Positions 62,721 through 64,000 of a stretch of DNA of 64,000 nucleotides are shown here, in pieces. The DNA lies in contig NC_042998.1 in assembly GCF_006345805.1 (NCBI RefSeq), forward strand, positions 99,386,001 to 99,450,000, given 5' to 3'. Position 1 is the stretch's first letter; every line of letters begins with the position of its first letter. This stretch comes from Octopus sinensis (Eukaryota). The notes beneath the pieces were generated by a model, which worked only from the letters and a program-made list of their open reading frames with translations, did not search any database and was not told the origin of the DNA. A program made the translations under genes and the position numbers.

Positions 62721-62809
62721 AAAAAGATATGGAATGCTTCACGAATTTACATATCCTTGCTTAGGGCCATGCTTATCTTCTCCGCATTGCTTCAGTTTTA
62801 GAATATGTG
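62721..62809 (-). pseudogene. RNU6: U6 snRNA pseudogene (5' stem-loop missing)
   Basis: Reverse strand CACATATTCTAAAACTGAAGCAATGCGGAGAAGATAAGCATGGCCCTAAGCAAGGATATGTAAATTCGTGAAGCATTCCATATCTTTTT aligns with U6 nt about 17-106; ACAGAGA box mutated to GCGGAGA. Confidence 0.9.
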
Positions 62810-63345
62810 GTTCCAGGTTCAGTCTTCTACTATAGCTGTGGACCATCCAAAGCTTCATGGGTGGATTTGACAGACAAAAACTGAAAGAAGCCCATTGTAT
62901 CTATATTTATCTCTACATATGTGTGTGTGTGTGTGTGCTTGTCCCTATCATCACTTGACCACTGGTGTTAGTTTGTTTTCAACGCTCTAACTTAGCATTT
63001 TGGCAAAAAAAAGACCAATAGAATAAGTACCAGACTTTAAAAAAGTACTGGGGTCAAGTTGTTCTACTAAACACTTCAAGGTGGTGACCTAAATATGTAT
63101 GTATGTATATAAAACCCTCATATCAAATATGCATTGATGAACCTTACACTTCATTCAGAAATCAGAATGTATTTGGATGTGAGTAATTTTCCTTAAAATA
63201 TTTGACTGAAGAATGTGGATCCTTTATTGAAATGCAATATGGAGCTTGTTAAAATATTTAGTTATAGCATCAGTTCATGTCACTGTGATACCAATAACAC
63301 AAAAACAATAAGAAATGAAACATTCATACAAGATAAAGGATTTAC

Positions 63346-63480
63346 CTGTACATTAATGATCCAATAGGTTTCAGGTTTAAATGATTGGATTTTATCATGC
63401 CGCTCCACACAGAAGCCCAATGTAGGTGATTGACAAGGACCATATGACACTAAAGTACTATCCAAATTGCCATACTTGCC
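63346..63480 (-). CDS. TOP3B: TOP3B exon: [45 protein letters not shown]
   Basis: ttacag acceptor, gtaaat donor; 135 nt. Confidence 0.95.
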
Positions 63481-63910
63481 CTGTAAAAGATGCATTCTAC
63501 TTAACAAATCAAATTTAAAATGTTTAATACAAGAATTTTTCATAAGAGGATTATGTTGTTTAATAGATAAACTAGAAGAGCAATTAAGTAAATTAATTAA
63601 TAATTTTAAGTTTCTTCAATCCATAAATGTGAGATAAATTTCTGGAAAGACTATTATAGGTGGAGTTAATATGTTAAGAAAGAAAGGTGGGAAGTCACAA
63701 AAAGAAAATAACTTCTGACACTGGGAAGACAGAGTCTTGGAAATGTTATTATGAAAGGAACATGTGTGGAAAAGAAACTACTTATTCTATGCATACTCAA
63801 CAATTGAAGTGAATGGTTGGTTTGATGATATTTGGTTCTTGAGAAAGTCCTGCATAAATTATTACTGATAAAAGTAAAATTCTGTTCATTTGATTTATAT
63901 TATAATATAC

Positions 63911-64000
63911 CTGAAAGAATTTGGTTTGGAATCGAGTGAAGGCACAACCAACTCGCAGATCTAACTCTTGTCTGGCATCAACTGACATTGCTTCATTCTC
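63911..64000 (-). CDS. TOP3B: TOP3B exon (partial, runs off window): [30 protein letters not shown]
   Basis: gtatat donor at 63910 (minus strand). Confidence 0.95.

Larger units (their letters stand above)
43870..64000 (-). other. TOP3B: DNA/RNA topoisomerase III beta gene, 3' part, 14 coding exons; 5' end beyond the window
   Basis: The spliced frame matches recalled TOP3B throughout: [80 protein letters not shown], Cys-rich zinc fingers, RGG tail, KDKMAQLAAYFV*. All junctions GT-AG and phase-consistent. Confidence 0.97.

Overview
AT-rich animal DNA with large introns; the repeat families point to a coleoid cephalopod, probably Octopus (inference from remembered repeat sequences, not a database search). 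The window holds the 3' parts of two convergent genes, both reconstructed exon by exon with GT-AG junctions and consistent phases. On the + strand is an APPL adaptor (PH + PTB domains, 12 exons, 3898-35443, C-terminus -DSEA). On the - strand is DNA/RNA topoisomerase III beta (TOP3B, 14 exons, 64000-43870, catalytic [11 protein letters not shown]-terminal zinc-finger and RGG region). Introns and the intergenic spacer are full of mobile elements: young and old RTE LINEs, two SINE families, an RT-less Gypsy-type LTR element, a solo LTR, pogo, Chapaev and hAT DNA transposons, and a U6 snRNA pseudogene. The most notable observations are (1) a 5'-inverted (twin-primed) RTE-type LINE with an intact 9-bp target-site duplication and microhomology at both junctions, later interrupted by a solo LTR; (2) two Penelope-type minimal type-I hammerhead ribozyme motifs antisense in APPL introns; (3) a C4HC3 PHD-like finger inside the RT region of the young RTE, whose 3' UTR is modular and tandemly repeated. 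No CRISPR, rRNA or intact tRNA gene was seen. Exon, TSD, TIR and LTR boundaries were counted by hand; boundaries of degraded repeats are approximate.
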